NCBI RefSeq assembly: GCF_009914755.1
Contig: NC_060946.1
Reading direction: 5' to 3' (one strand)
Source of the DNA: the human T2T-CHM13v2.0 reference genome, Homo sapiens
DNA: 64,000 bases
The position numbers and the translations under genes are program-made. Of this stretch, positions 21,555 to 39,717 are shown piece after piece (position 1 is the first letter of the stretch; the number at the start of each line of letters is the position of its first letter). Under the pieces are notes generated by a model. The model was not told the DNA's origin. It was given only the letters and a program-made list of their open reading frames with translations, and did not search any database.

Positions 21555-21970
21555 GCTGTGGTATCATGCCCAGGTCCCTACCCTCCAGGGACTAAAGCAC
21601 ACTCCCATAGCTATCTGTGGAGTGTTGGCAGCCCCAACAGCTCCCTGTAGTCTTCCTCCAGGTCAGACCTGCCCTCAGTGGAAGCACTCTTTTGGCAGGG
21701 TCAGGTCTCCTTTCCAAAAGAGCCTATATCCAGGCTGTGGACACGGGAGTAAAGGGCCCTGGTCTCCCACCCCAATCCACGACAATTCTGAAGGGCCTCC
21801 CCAGCTACAGAACTCCCAGCAGGGCTGGCTGCGGCTTTCTCTGTGCTTACATCATAGCTTGCCTTCTCCCTCTGTCTGGTGCTGCTTCCTTCACTCCTTC
21901 AATGGTGTGGATCCCGAGAGCCCTCCCCAATAATCCTGCATGCAAAAATCTGCAGCTCAGAATCTGACTC
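21555..21970 (+). mobile_element. LTR16-like (ERVL) LTR inside an L2; a related fragment lies at ~54670-54960
   Basis: gacaattctgaagggcctcccc...cctgcatgcaaaaatctgcagctcagaatctg resembles LTR16. Confidence 0.55.
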
Positions 21971-22261
21971 CTGCAACAAGGCCTTTGCTCAAATGTTACC
22001 TTTTCACTCAGGCTTTGCCAAAGCGTCCCACTTAAACCCGTCTATCCCCCGCCTCTGCCTCAGCATTCCTCATCTCTAAGTCTGCTGTTTCTCCAATTCA
22101 CAGGATCTTGTTTGTGATTCCGCTATGTGTCTCACCAGGAAGCTCCCCTCCCACATCTCCTCTTTTCCACTTACACAGGAAACCCCCAGCAGATCCCATC
22201 CCAGTCTCACTGGCCAGGATGCATAACAGGCTGCTCCTCAAGAGCCTGGCATGCTGCTTGG

Positions 22262-22313
22262 TTCACTGCTGTTTTAAGAGCTGAAAACATACACACACTG
22301 ACTCACACACATG

Positions 22314-22358
<45 letters not shown>

Positions 22359-22383
22359 TTTCAGCTCTTAAAACAGCAGTGAA
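22262..22383. repeat. Perfect 26-bp inverted repeat enclosing a 70-nt (CA)n-rich spacer
   Basis: TTCACTGCTGTTTTAAGAGCTGAAAA (22262-22287) and its exact reverse complement (22358-22383). Confidence 0.97.
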
Positions 22384-24531
22384 TTTATCAACTGTTTTTT
22401 CCATGTGAGACCTTCTGTTAGAGGATGCAGCAGACCTGGAGTCTGCTCCAACGTAGGTCTATCCCTGGACCTCAAATAAGGCCTGCTGTCCCTTCTGTCT
22501 GGTCTTCACCACAGTGGCTTTTGCCAGGGTAGCCTCCCAGGGAATTGGCCTACCCTAGGTTTGTTAATGCATCGAGGCAGACAATGCTTTTAGGAGCAAC
22601 AAATGTTAATCTAAATGGGTTTTCTTTTTGCCAGGAGTGTTTTAAAACCATTTGCTATCTGTTTCATCCACTTCCTTTCCTAAAATGGAAGGCTCTAGAA
22701 GACAGAATCATGTAAATGAACTCCTTGGGTAAGGCTTGGGCAGAGTGTTTCCCCTCATCATTGGAATTGCCAGCAGATTCCACTAGAAAGAGCCAGCCAG
22801 GATGAACAAGAAGTTTATTTGCAGTACATCAACTCTACCAGCCAAGGACAACAGACACTGTTAGCTGCCCATCCATCAGCCACTTTCCATCACCAACTTC
22901 CAGCACTCAGCACTCCTTCAACATTTACTGAGTGACTACTATGGTGTGTACCAAGTACCATTCCTGGCCCTGGGAAAAGGGCATGAGCAAAGACAAAGTC
23001 TGTTTTCCAGGAGCATATGCTCCCCCAGGGAGGTGTCTAATAGAACTCCAGTTTTATTCAGATATCCACTCTGCCCGTTATGTAAGCCAGTAGGCAACGA
23101 TGATTGATGCAAGAGAGGGCACATGACCTAGTTGGACCAATCAGCCAATGGGGAAGACCCAAAGTCCAAGGCTGGGGCACAGACCTCTCCCTTCTGCTTC
23201 TCACTGAAAACATTCTCGATACCCCACAACCAGAGAACTCTTGAAAATCAAATGCCAGAAAAGGCTCACCAAGCACATTTCAAGAGAAACCTACCAGGTT
23301 AGAAGCCCCAAGGCACTCAGAATGGCTACAGAAGCAGTCAGAGGACAAGCTCCAGGGACCAGACTCCTGGTCCCATGCTGTACCACGTGGTTTCTGAAAG
23401 CTGTCCTTCTGAGGAGGAAATGGGCCTGAAGCTCTCCAGGACGGAGTGGCCAGCCTCAGCACAAAGACCAGTGCTTAGCAAATTAGAAAGAGTAAGTCTG
23501 GGCTTGGGCTGGAGTCTAAGTGTGACTCTCAACACATCTCCATCACATCTAGTGGAATCTTGGTGCCAGGGGGTCACCTCATCTCACTCAGCCTAAGTTT
23601 CCATCTGTGAACTGTAATGCTGCAAGTCATAGAGAATTTCGAGGGTAATCTTCTATCGTATATAACAAGTCCTGAGATAGGTCAGCTTCAGGGTGCATTA
23701 ATTTAGCAACTTAAAGAGACGTGTCCCTCTGTCTTCCTCTCCTGTCATCAGTGTCGGCCCTGTTCCAAGCTGGCTTTTACACGCAGACCTAGTAAAGTCC
23801 AGCAGAAGAGACTAGCCTGTCAAGCATCTCCTCTTATTTAATTCCCTAGGAGGTCCCAGCAGACGTCCCCTCCTAGTCTCAAGGGCCAAAATGGCATCAC
23901 ATGGCTGTTCCTCAACAAATCCTTGGCATTTACCCACACATCAGCTTAGGGCTATCAGCAGGTTGGCCTGCAGAAGGCAGACCAAAAAAATTGGGGTTCT
24001 GCTAACAAGGAACAAGGCAGGCAACCCTACAATATTTGCAACACTCCCTTTGTGCTATTTGACAATATGCACAATGTTCACAATCCCACTCACTTCTAGG
24101 TGTTGTTGCTGACTCTGGCAGGATGATAAAATGTGCTTTGCATAAATTTTTGGTCCCCAGGGCTCATTCCATACCTCTGGTTCATGTGCTAGACACTTCT
24201 GCAGTCCATAGGCAAACACCCCGGATGAACAGAACATGCTAGCAACCTCTGGGGAAAGGGAGGGGTCAAGCCAGACACAGAGCATCCTCTTCCTGGTCAC
24301 CGACAGGACCCAAGATCAGCACAGTGGAAGCAGGTCTCCTACTTGGCTTCAGTGGTCAAGGCCAGACGCTCCTCAGAAGTCCCTCCCAGCTGTGTAACTA
24401 TGATTCTGCTCATAAAGTGAAAATAGTTTTCAACCACTTCTTAGAGTAAAACAAATGTTTAAGAAAATCCCATTTCCTGGCCTTCATCCATATTCTTTCT
24501 GCAGCATATTAAAGAAATAAATTCAGAGAGA

Positions 24532-24899
<368 letters not shown>

Positions 24900-25909
24900 C
24901 TACAGTCACCTGCCTACATGGCCAAGTCCCATTAATTCTACCTCTACCCTGTCTTTAGTGCCTCTCTATTTCTCACCTCCATCACCTGTGATCTCCCTGT
25001 CTCCCTGAGCATCTCACCAAGACTAGAAATTCCTAACTCCTCTAGGGCCTGCCTAAGACACAGGTTGGGTGTTTCATCCAGCTTCCTCAGAAGCCTCAAT
25101 GTTCTCCTCTCTCCCCTAACCCCAAGAAGGAAGTTCAAGCTGCTGGCAAGGCTCTGCCTCCCAGCCCCATTCTCCCTCTTGCCCTGTTTAGCCTCCCTCC
25201 TAACATGTTCTATGTCTTTCCCTAAATGCTTTCACCCTCTGGGCCTTTTCTCCTGATGGTCTCATGTGCTGTAGCGCCTTCTCTGCCATCACAATTCTAG
25301 TCACGTCAAGGTTCAGTCCAAGGACACATCCACAAACCCGACTCTGCTGGTGAAGTGCCCTTCCTCCTTGGGCTATCACGCTTATTCCTCTAGCTCCTGT
25401 TTCCCCTGCCCTGCATTCTAGAATACGGTTTGTATGTCAATCTCTCTCATCTATCTTCCACACAGCTTTCTGTTCAGAGAGAGAGCCTTATTTACCTCTG
25501 GTCCCCACAGAACTCTTACCAGAAAGGTTCAATGTTTGTTGCATAAATCAGTGAAAAATCCACAGCAAAATCTCACCCAGTTTTCTTCTGACTCTTCAGA
25601 TGTACTCTGGTTATTTTCCTAAATCAACCTACTGTCTTCAGGCATAAGTCAGGAGAGAAATTGCTGAGAGAATTTGCATTTTCTGAGCTACCACATGGAG
25701 CAGGTGAGGCAAGAATTACTGACTTCATGAACAGATTAGGAAGAGATGGAAAAACTTTTTATGTCACATATTTAGTAAGCAGCAGGGCACAGAGACTCCA
25801 GAGCAGGATATCTGATTCCAAAAACAGAAGACAAAATTCTTGTCCTCAAGAAACTTACAGTCTAGTCGGAACTGTAAGACAAATACACCAAAAGGCAAAT
25901 AACTTATTC

Positions 25910-27303
25910 AGAGCGGGGTTTCTCACCCTTAGCACTATTGATATTTGGGGCTAGATAATTCTCCATGAGTGGGCTGTCCTGCATGCTATACGATGTTTAA
26001 CAGATTTGTCCCCTACCCACTTGATACCAGTAGCACGTACCCTGCCCAACCCTGTTGTGACAACCACAAATGTCTCTAGACATTGCCCTGTAGAACCACT
26101 GATCTAAAGCAACTGCCATGTTTATCTCTCAACCACTGCAATCATATAACCTCACCATTAGGATCCTTTCCCTGCCAATTCTCAGACATAGGTCTGCAGT
26201 GCCCTCCGGCAGCAGGCTGGACCTTACCCACCCACTCCTAACTTTATCATTATATGATTCTGCCTACATTTTCCCTTCAAGCTGAATTATTTAATTTTCA
26301 TGCTGATGTCTCAGTAGGACAGCTTCAAATCCTTTTCAGAATGACACAAGGTAGGGGTAAAAATAATCCAATCGCAGGACAGGAGAAAATACACACCATA
26401 AGGCCATGTGATTACCAGCAAATTACCCTGTTCTTGAAAATTTCCCAAATCCCTTTTCATAACACTGCCATCAAAGTGTGAACCAAAGGCCAAAGGTGGA
26501 CAAGAGCTCTTTCAGTCCTGGCCCTCTTGGTTAGAACTGGCTTCACCAAAGAGCTGAGCATAAGCGCTGTCTGCCCAGGCATGAGAATTCCAGAAAAAAC
26601 TCAGGAGCAAAGGCCCAGAGTTGGGAAGAGCCATGAATCTCAACGAGATTTTCTAAACATACAAACTCCATATTTCTACAAACTTTAAAACCAGAAACCT
26701 AGTTGTTTTTACTTTCTGACCTTAACCTAACTTAGAAATAAAGCTTATTTTGGTCAATTCTAAAATAAAATATATAGAGAATACTGTATCCAAGAACACG
26801 AAGTAAAATGTGTATGTATGAACAATAACTGACACATCTTCTATATAAATGATAGCTATTATATTTCAATTTAACAATCTTTTATATTTGGTCCCAGGAT
26901 AAAATGGAAGAGGTAAGTCTTATTTTACCAAGGCCCAGAAGTAGAGTTATAAGTCCAAGAATTTACAGCTAGTAAATGATGCAGTTTTGAACCCAGTCTG
27001 ATTCCACATTCAAGGCTCATTTCACTACAACGTGACAACTTCAAGATTAACTTATTGATAACCTTAGACAAGTGCTTCTCAATTGGGGGTGATTTTGGCT
27101 ACCAATGGACATTGGCAATGACTGGAGATATTTTTGGTTGATACAACTAGAAGTTGTATCAACTTACTCTAAGAAGGTGTTTGTGAAGTGCTACTGGCAT
27201 CTGGTGGGTAGAGGCCAAGGATACTAGAAACATTCTATAACATAGATGACAATCACACAATTTTATGGCCCAAAATGTCAACCTGCTGAAGTTGGGAAAC
27301 CCT
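25910..27303. mobile_element. Two MER20 (hAT) elements in opposite orientation (~25910-26101 and ~27069-27303)
   Basis: MER20-like motifs: actattgatatttggggctagataattct / gtgacaaccacaaatgtctctagacattgcc and the reverse-complement copy. Confidence 0.8.
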
Positions 27304-27496
27304 ACCTTAGAGGTGTCTCTATTATCAGCCAAGAAAATGAAGACCAAAGTACACCCACATTTCAATAAATACTTCTTCTCCTGTTCTAGCTACCCTCTCC
27401 ACTTTGAATGGATTCCCTGCCACACCAGAGAAAAATGCTGAGCTGTCTGCTACTTCCCCCTTTAGACTCTCGAAAAACAGAAAAAGTATGTTCATG

Positions 27497-28380
<884 letters not shown>

Positions 28381-30270
28381 TAGATATTATCATGCTCCAT
28401 TCTAGGGCTGTAGAGAGGCCCTCAGCAATAAGGGCCACTGTTGTGCTTGCTCTGCCAGGCTGATGCACTTGGCTGCTGATCTGAGTGTAGTCTCTTATTC
28501 ATTTGTACCTAGTTCGTCACTTAAGCATCTTGACTTACTTATGTTTACATAGCATAAAACTTTTGGCCTACAAAGGAGCTTATCAAAAAGGAACAAGTTA
28601 TATGACAGTAGAAGAGAGGCTGGAGAAGGGTAGGCTATTCACAAAAACTGATTTAGGTAAAGCATTTTAAAATAAAAATTCTATCAGACCTTCACACAGT
28701 AAACTAGTTCATAATAACATTTTTCCTTTCCTAATCACAAGCATCATAATTCATAATTACAATATTTGTCCAGTTCTCCAGGGAAAGATCTGCACAGTAC
28801 ACATCAGGAAATGCTCTTGGAGATCAACAGGAGAAATGAAACTAAAACTCAAGGCTTCGGCTTTCATGCACAGTAAACCTAACTTCATCTTGATAAATTA
28901 TGAAAACCTCAGCTTTCTTACCTGTTTTAGCCAATATTTATCACATACCCATCATGTGGAAGAGGTTGTTCAATGCAGTAGGGCATACAGAAGGGACTGA
29001 GGCAGTCCCTACCCTGGGGGCATATGGAAAGTACCCTCACACCTTCCATGCCAGGCAAAACACACAGACAGTGATACAGCACATCTACCGGGGTAACTCA
29101 GGATGAACAGTTTCAAAAGAAACACGTGAACCTAGTCCCTGAAAAATGGGAAAGATGTCACACAAGATGGAAGGAGAGAGAGGTGGCAGGAGGAGAACAC
29201 ACACATGATCAGTTCAGTTTAGTTGTGGTAGTAGAGAGCATCCTGGGACCAAATTCAAAACGAAAAAGCCACATGTTAAAATATCTATTCTCGCTCCTAA
29301 AGAAAACGGTAGCACCCTGTAGTCGCACTGCAAAGTAGAAATGAGGAACAAGACAGCATCAGGGTGACCCTTTGCCTGTCAACAGTCAGACAGGCCAGAA
29401 TCAGGCCCTGGGCTGGAGGAGTCTCCCTGGGTTGATTTCTGTGCTACAGTGCTGTCAGCAGAGTGGGGTGGGGGAGGGGGAGGCGCGCTTTTTTCATCTA
29501 CCCGGGGAGCAAACACCAACTCCTGCAGCAGTTCTGCCAACAAGGCAGAACTATGACGAAACTGATTACCACTAGCCTCTCTGTATCAGAGTCAAGATAT
29601 GGGGTGGATGAGTCCGTTCCCCAAGGGTGTGCTTTGGAGCCACTGCCACAGAGCTAAGAAGCCCCTCTGCTAGAACACACCTGTGCCCTATCTGCCCAAC
29701 CCTAGTTCACCCTGATGTCCCAGCTCAGCATTAATCGTGGATCCTTCGCGGGGGCCCGGGGCCCCCAAACCCTCCTATTTAGGGACCACAATTCCCCAAC
29801 TGGGGGCACTGTCCCCAGATCCAGAGGGGCAGTAACAGTCCCTCTTGCAGATTTCGGATCTTCATCCTGCCACTGAAAGGCCACAAGGGGGATTTCATCC
29901 CGGTTTCACCTTCAGGACCGTCTGAGCACTTCTCGGGCGATGCAGACCAGTGGAAGGCACTGGCTGGCACCAAGGCCCGCTCCTGGGAGCCAGGCCGCGG
30001 CCCCTCCAAGGACCACAGGTGGGCAGCGGAAGACTCAGAGCAAGAGCCAGGGGCGAAGATGGCCCTCGCTGCGGTCAACCCGGAGCACGTGCTGGGGCTC
30101 ACCAGCCTCTCCGCGCTGAGGACAAAGTCCGCTCCCGCCGGCTTCTTGGCTTGGGCACCGGGTACCGGGCGTCAGGGGCGAGACAGGCAGGACTTGCGCG
30201 CGCCCCGACTCGACTCCAGACCCCGACCCGACTCCGGGCTCGGCCTCCCGCGACCCCTGCGCGCACTCAC

Positions 30271-30307
30271 CATTGTGGTTGACCCAGGTCGGCTTCAGGA
30301 GCTTCAT
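30271..30307 (-). CDS. HIRA: HIRA coding exon 1 (MKLLKPTWVNHN-G)
   Basis: ATG at 30307, 37 nt, followed by donor GTGAGT. The peptide is the HIRA histone H3.3 chaperone N-terminus. Lies in a CpG island. Confidence 0.98.
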
Positions 30308-31385
30308 TGTTCGGCCGCCGCCGCCGCCGGGCTGAGGCGAGCGCCGGGTCCCTCAGCGCGCCCGGGCCATGGAGCCACCGCCGCCGCTTCCTCCCGCGCC
30401 GCCCGCCCTCCGGCCGCCGCCCGCCCCGCGCCCTCAGGGCCGCCGCGCCATCGCCGGCCCGCGCCCCCCTCCGCCGCCACAGCCGCCACCCGCGCTCGGC
30501 CGCCGCCGCCGCCACCACAGCCGCATCCCCTGCGCCGCTCCTCCTCAGGCGGCTCCCGGGCAACGCCGGAAGTCACGGCGCGCACCTGCCAAATCGCCCC
30601 GGCGGGAAACCGCTCCCCACGCGGACTGGGCCGCCCCGGCTCCTCCGCTGGCAGGGGCTTCGGGTCGGGCCCGGGCGCGGGCGCCCCAGAAAGGGCGGTT
30701 CGCCTGGACGGCGGACAGCGAGCGGGGCCTGCAGTTGCAACCCGGGCCGCCCGCAGAGGCAGGCGGGGCCCAGGTGGCGTGGACCGCCCGTCACCAGCTC
30801 TGCCTCGCCAGTCTGAGTCCGACTTATTAACTAGCTTCCGTCATTCATCAACACGCGCTATTGGGCATCTTGCGAGCGCCGGGCTCCGCGCCGGCGCCGG
30901 AATGCGATCCGGGCTTCGGACTCGAACGAATGCGGGGGACGAGCCAACCCTGGTGGGGGAGGCTGGGGCGGACGCGTTTATTAGAAGATCGGGGCCGTTT
31001 GCCTAGACATGAACATTTGGACTCGGAGGAGCAGAGGGACGCCCCCTCGGCCGCTCCGGCTGCACTGCGGAGCCGAGGCCCGCGCGAGGGCGCAGACCGA
31101 CCAACCGGCTAGGGCCTGACTGGCTAGACTGTGCCCGCTGCAGAGGCGCGCTCCCAGCCCAGGGCGGGGACGGAAGGGAGGACCCCGAGCCGCGTGAAAC
31201 GCAAGGCCCTCGTGTGTGCGCAGCTGACACCCTAGGCGGGGCTGCGTCGGGGGCGGGGACAGGCGCGTCCCAGCCCACGCAGCCGGAACGCCTGAGCGCT
31301 GGGCGCCTGGTCTGCCGGACCTCAGCAGGGGGCACCGCGGGCCGGACTGTGGAGGGGCGCACGCCCGGAAGCGGCGAGGGTAGCC

Positions 31386-31438
31386 ATGACGGCCTCCGTG
31401 CTGCGAAGTATCTCGCTAGCCCTGCGCCCGACTAGCGG
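31386..31438 (+). CDS. MRPL40: MRPL40 coding exon 1 (MTASVLRSISLALRPTSG), mitochondrial presequence-like
   Basis: gccATG start, 53 nt, GTGAGT donor. R/S/L-rich peptide with no acidic residues. Confidence 0.96.
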
Positions 31439-31694
31439 GTGAGTGCGGACGCTGGCCGGATAGCGGAGTGCCCAGGGCGCGTGCGGGGTCTTCGCGACTG
31501 TCCGCCAGGACTCGCCTGTGCTCCCTGCTCGCCTCCCAGTCCACGAATATCTCAGGGATGAGCCATCTGGTCGTGACTCTTATGCATGAAAATCTGAGCA
31601 CCCTGGCGAGCAGCGGTCCTGCTTAAGTCCTCTGTGGTCTGAACGAAAGATTTTGAAAAACCTTCCACGTTGACCTTGCTGTCATATCAAGTAG

Positions 31695-33372
<1,678 letters not shown>

Positions 33373-33566
33373 TAATTGATGGCACCTACACAGTTCTCAC
33401 AAGTACTGTGGGGTGGAGTACCTCCTCACCACGCTGAGCTCATGAGTTAGTCATGCACAGCTCCTTCCCCCAGTGGAGAGGTCAGTATGGGGTACTTACC
33501 ATCTTGTCTCTCAGTAGGTTCATGAGACCAAAGAGGAAAATGTTTAATATTTGCTTTATCTATTAG

Positions 33567-33725
33567 ATCAGAACCTCTTCGAAAAAAGAAGAAGGTAGAT
33601 CCTAAAAAAGACCAAGAAGCAAAGGAGCGCTTGAAAAGGAAGATCCGAAAACTGGAAAAGGCTACTCAAGAGCTAATTCCTATTGAAGATTTTATTACCC
33701 CTCTAAAGTTCTTGGATAAAGCAAG
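33567..33725 (+). CDS. MRPL40: MRPL40 coding exon 3 ([31 protein letters not shown]...FLDKAR)
   Basis: 159 nt, TAG acceptor, GTAAGG donor, phase 2-2. Confidence 0.97.
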
Positions 33726-34457
33726 GTAAGGATCCTTCTCTAGGGATGAAGTCCTCAGGACAAAGGAGTAATATCAACTTCAGGTAGTTGTGTCTGTAGT
33801 TCACACCTGTGATAGTCATTGGTCAGTAGGCTTGAGCTGACTTGGCCCTAATGAGTCCTTGCTCCTTTTGGAAGCAGGAGAAAGCATCCTTGGGTGGTAC
33901 TCTTGAATGGCTCTGGGTGGGAAAGAACCTAAGACATCTAATAATCCAGATGCTTAAGCACTGCTCTGGAGTTCATGTTGTTGCTGTCATGCATGAGGAG
34001 TCTTGGCTGTTTCTGATCCCTTGGGCCTGGAGTCTGAAGCCCTCGCCTCATCCTAACAGTAGAAAACCCTTGGCCTCCTGTTTTATCATGCAGATATCTT
34101 TGGTTGGTATTTGTTGGGATTCTACTGTGTGCAGGGTTAACAGCTCCTGCTGCCGTTTTGTAAGCAGTGTGCACCATCTATAAAGGGGCAGGTGTTAAAA
34201 GTCTTCTCTCACCCAAGGGAGTATTTGCTTGGGCAGAGGAAGTGCTACCAGTCTCCTCAGATCATCTGTTCTTTTGACAGAGAGCAAATGACCTTGGTTC
34301 CAAGCATCAGTTGCAGCTGCAGCCACATTCAACATTCCATTTCTTAATTTGTCCCAAACTTGTTTTATCTCCTAAGTCCTGTCTGTGTCTGGCAATGGGA
34401 ATACTTGTGTCAGTTGCAGTCACAGACTTACATGCCAGTGAGATTGGTAACCCTTAG

Positions 34458-34793
<336 letters not shown>

Positions 34794-34815
34794 ACTTGCA
34801 GGCTGCTATCCTTAA

Positions 34816-35556
<741 letters not shown>

Positions 35557-35956
35557 TTATTCACCTAAGATGGATGGAGGTGACAGATGCTGCCCTTCGC
35601 CAGGTAATGGGAAGAAGATAACAAAGACATCAACTGCTGCCCTCAAATGGGGAAAAAAAAATGTGTAAAAAGAAGATCCCAAGGGTATAGTGAAAATACC
35701 AACAGGAGTCAGAGTAACAGAGGAGTGGTGGGAAAGGAAGTTGCCAGCTGGAAAGGCATGTGGAGAAGCAGGGCCTTCCTGATGGGAAAGACCAAGGAGC
35801 CACCTTTGTGTTTTCAGCTGGGGTTAGGGGGAGGCAGAAGAGTGTGGAGCAGGCCAGGAACATACTAGTTAATAAAGATGCTGTGGCCCCCAAGAGGGTG
35901 TGAGGCCTGGCTGGGGCAGCGGACTCTGTCTCAAGTGCTTAGTCTAGAATGTGAAT

Positions 35957-36352
35957 GTATTAGTCTGCTCAGGCTGCCATTACAAATTACCATAGACTGG
36001 GTGGCTTAAACAAAATAAATTTATTTTCTCACAATTCTGGGGGCTAGAACTCCTGAGATCAAGGTACCAGCAGGCTTGTTTTCTGAGTCTTTCTCCTTAG
36101 CTTGCAGATGGCTGCCTTTTCCCTCACATGGTCGTCCCAATCTGTTTCCTAATTTTTTATAGACACCAGTTATACTGGAATAGGGCCCACCTAATGACCT
36201 CATTATAACTTTAATTATCTCTTTAACGATGCTACCTCCAAATACCTCCAAATACAGTCACATTCTGAGGTATGGGGTTGGGGGGAGTGGGAGGGTCGTA
36301 TGGGTAGGACTTCACCATAGGAACTGTAGGGGACACAATTCAGCCTGTCACA
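35957..36352. mobile_element. MLT1 (MaLR) solo LTR; a related copy lies at ~50910-51260
   Basis: tgtattagtctgctcaggctgccattacaaattaccatagactgggtggcttaaacaa is an MLT1A/B-type terminus. Confidence 0.8.
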
Positions 36353-36519
36353 GTACAAGCCCAGTGTACGAATAGAGCCATTTTCCCCAGTGGCTTGGAT
36401 CACAACCTCAGAAAGGATTTTTTTTTTTTTTTTTTTTTACCACCTTAGTGCAGGTAAACCAGGGAAACATTTCATTGGAATAAGAACTTAGGTTGTCTTC
36501 CTAGCGTGTGGTTCACTTT

Positions 36520-39115
<2,596 letters not shown>

Positions 39116-39717
39116 AGCCTGGGCGATCCTCTTACCTCAGCCTTCCAAGTAGCTGGGACTACTGCTTTTTTCAAAAAAAAAAAAAACTTCGTTTTAAAAC
39201 TCTTATCAGTCCTGGATAAAAATGTTGCCTAAGGATTCTAAGTCCTTTGGCCCCACCTGAGACAAATGCTGAATGGAACCACTTTTCATGACCTCCACTG
39301 CTGCCTCTGAGGTCCACGTCATCGTCAGTTTTTGCCTGTTCTATTGCAGTGGCCAACTGATCTAACCACCCCATCCCTTCTCCGCACAGCAGCCAGAGGT
39401 CTCTAGAACCAGGTCAGGTCAGGTCTTTGGCTACCTGCCACCCAGAGAATCTCATACCCAGATTCCTGATCACAGCTCACAGCACCCGCTCTGGTCAAAA
39501 CATGGTGTCAGGTCCCTTTGCCTTTGTGGGTCCCTTTCTCTGCCTGACAGGAGTTGAGCCTCTTCACCCAGGTCTGGGCTCAGACACTGAGGCCTTCCCC
39601 ACCTCCCCGCCCAAGGTAAGTGTCCAGCACAGGTGCTTGATAGCAGTGTTTTTTTTTAAACAGTAGGTTTCATCTGTTAGGTTGTAAAATCAGTTTGGTA
39701 GGTCATGGCCGACAGTT

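Larger units (their letters stand above)
29930..31530. promoter_or_regulatory. CpG-island bidirectional promoter shared by HIRA (-) and MRPL40 (+)
   Basis: Very GC/CpG-rich, with divergent ATGs 1.08 kb apart. Motifs: ETS/GABP CCGGAAGT 30566-30573 and CCGGAAGC 31365-31372; E2F-type GGCGGGAAA 30601-30609; ATTGG 30860-30864; GC box 31250-31258; CTCF-like TCAGCAGGGGGCAC 31322-31335. Confidence 0.93.

Noticed and set aside
29465-29483. G-rich run as a G-quadruplex
   Set aside because: Only three runs of three or more G. The four-tract runs near 36274-36294 and 46125-46159 have no further support either.
30059-31006. 315-aa plus-strand ORF and other overlapping ORFs across the HIRA/MRPL40 island
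   Set aside because: Ala/Arg/Pro/Gly low complexity, as expected from stop-poor GC-rich DNA; no recognisable domain; antisense to the HIRA leader.
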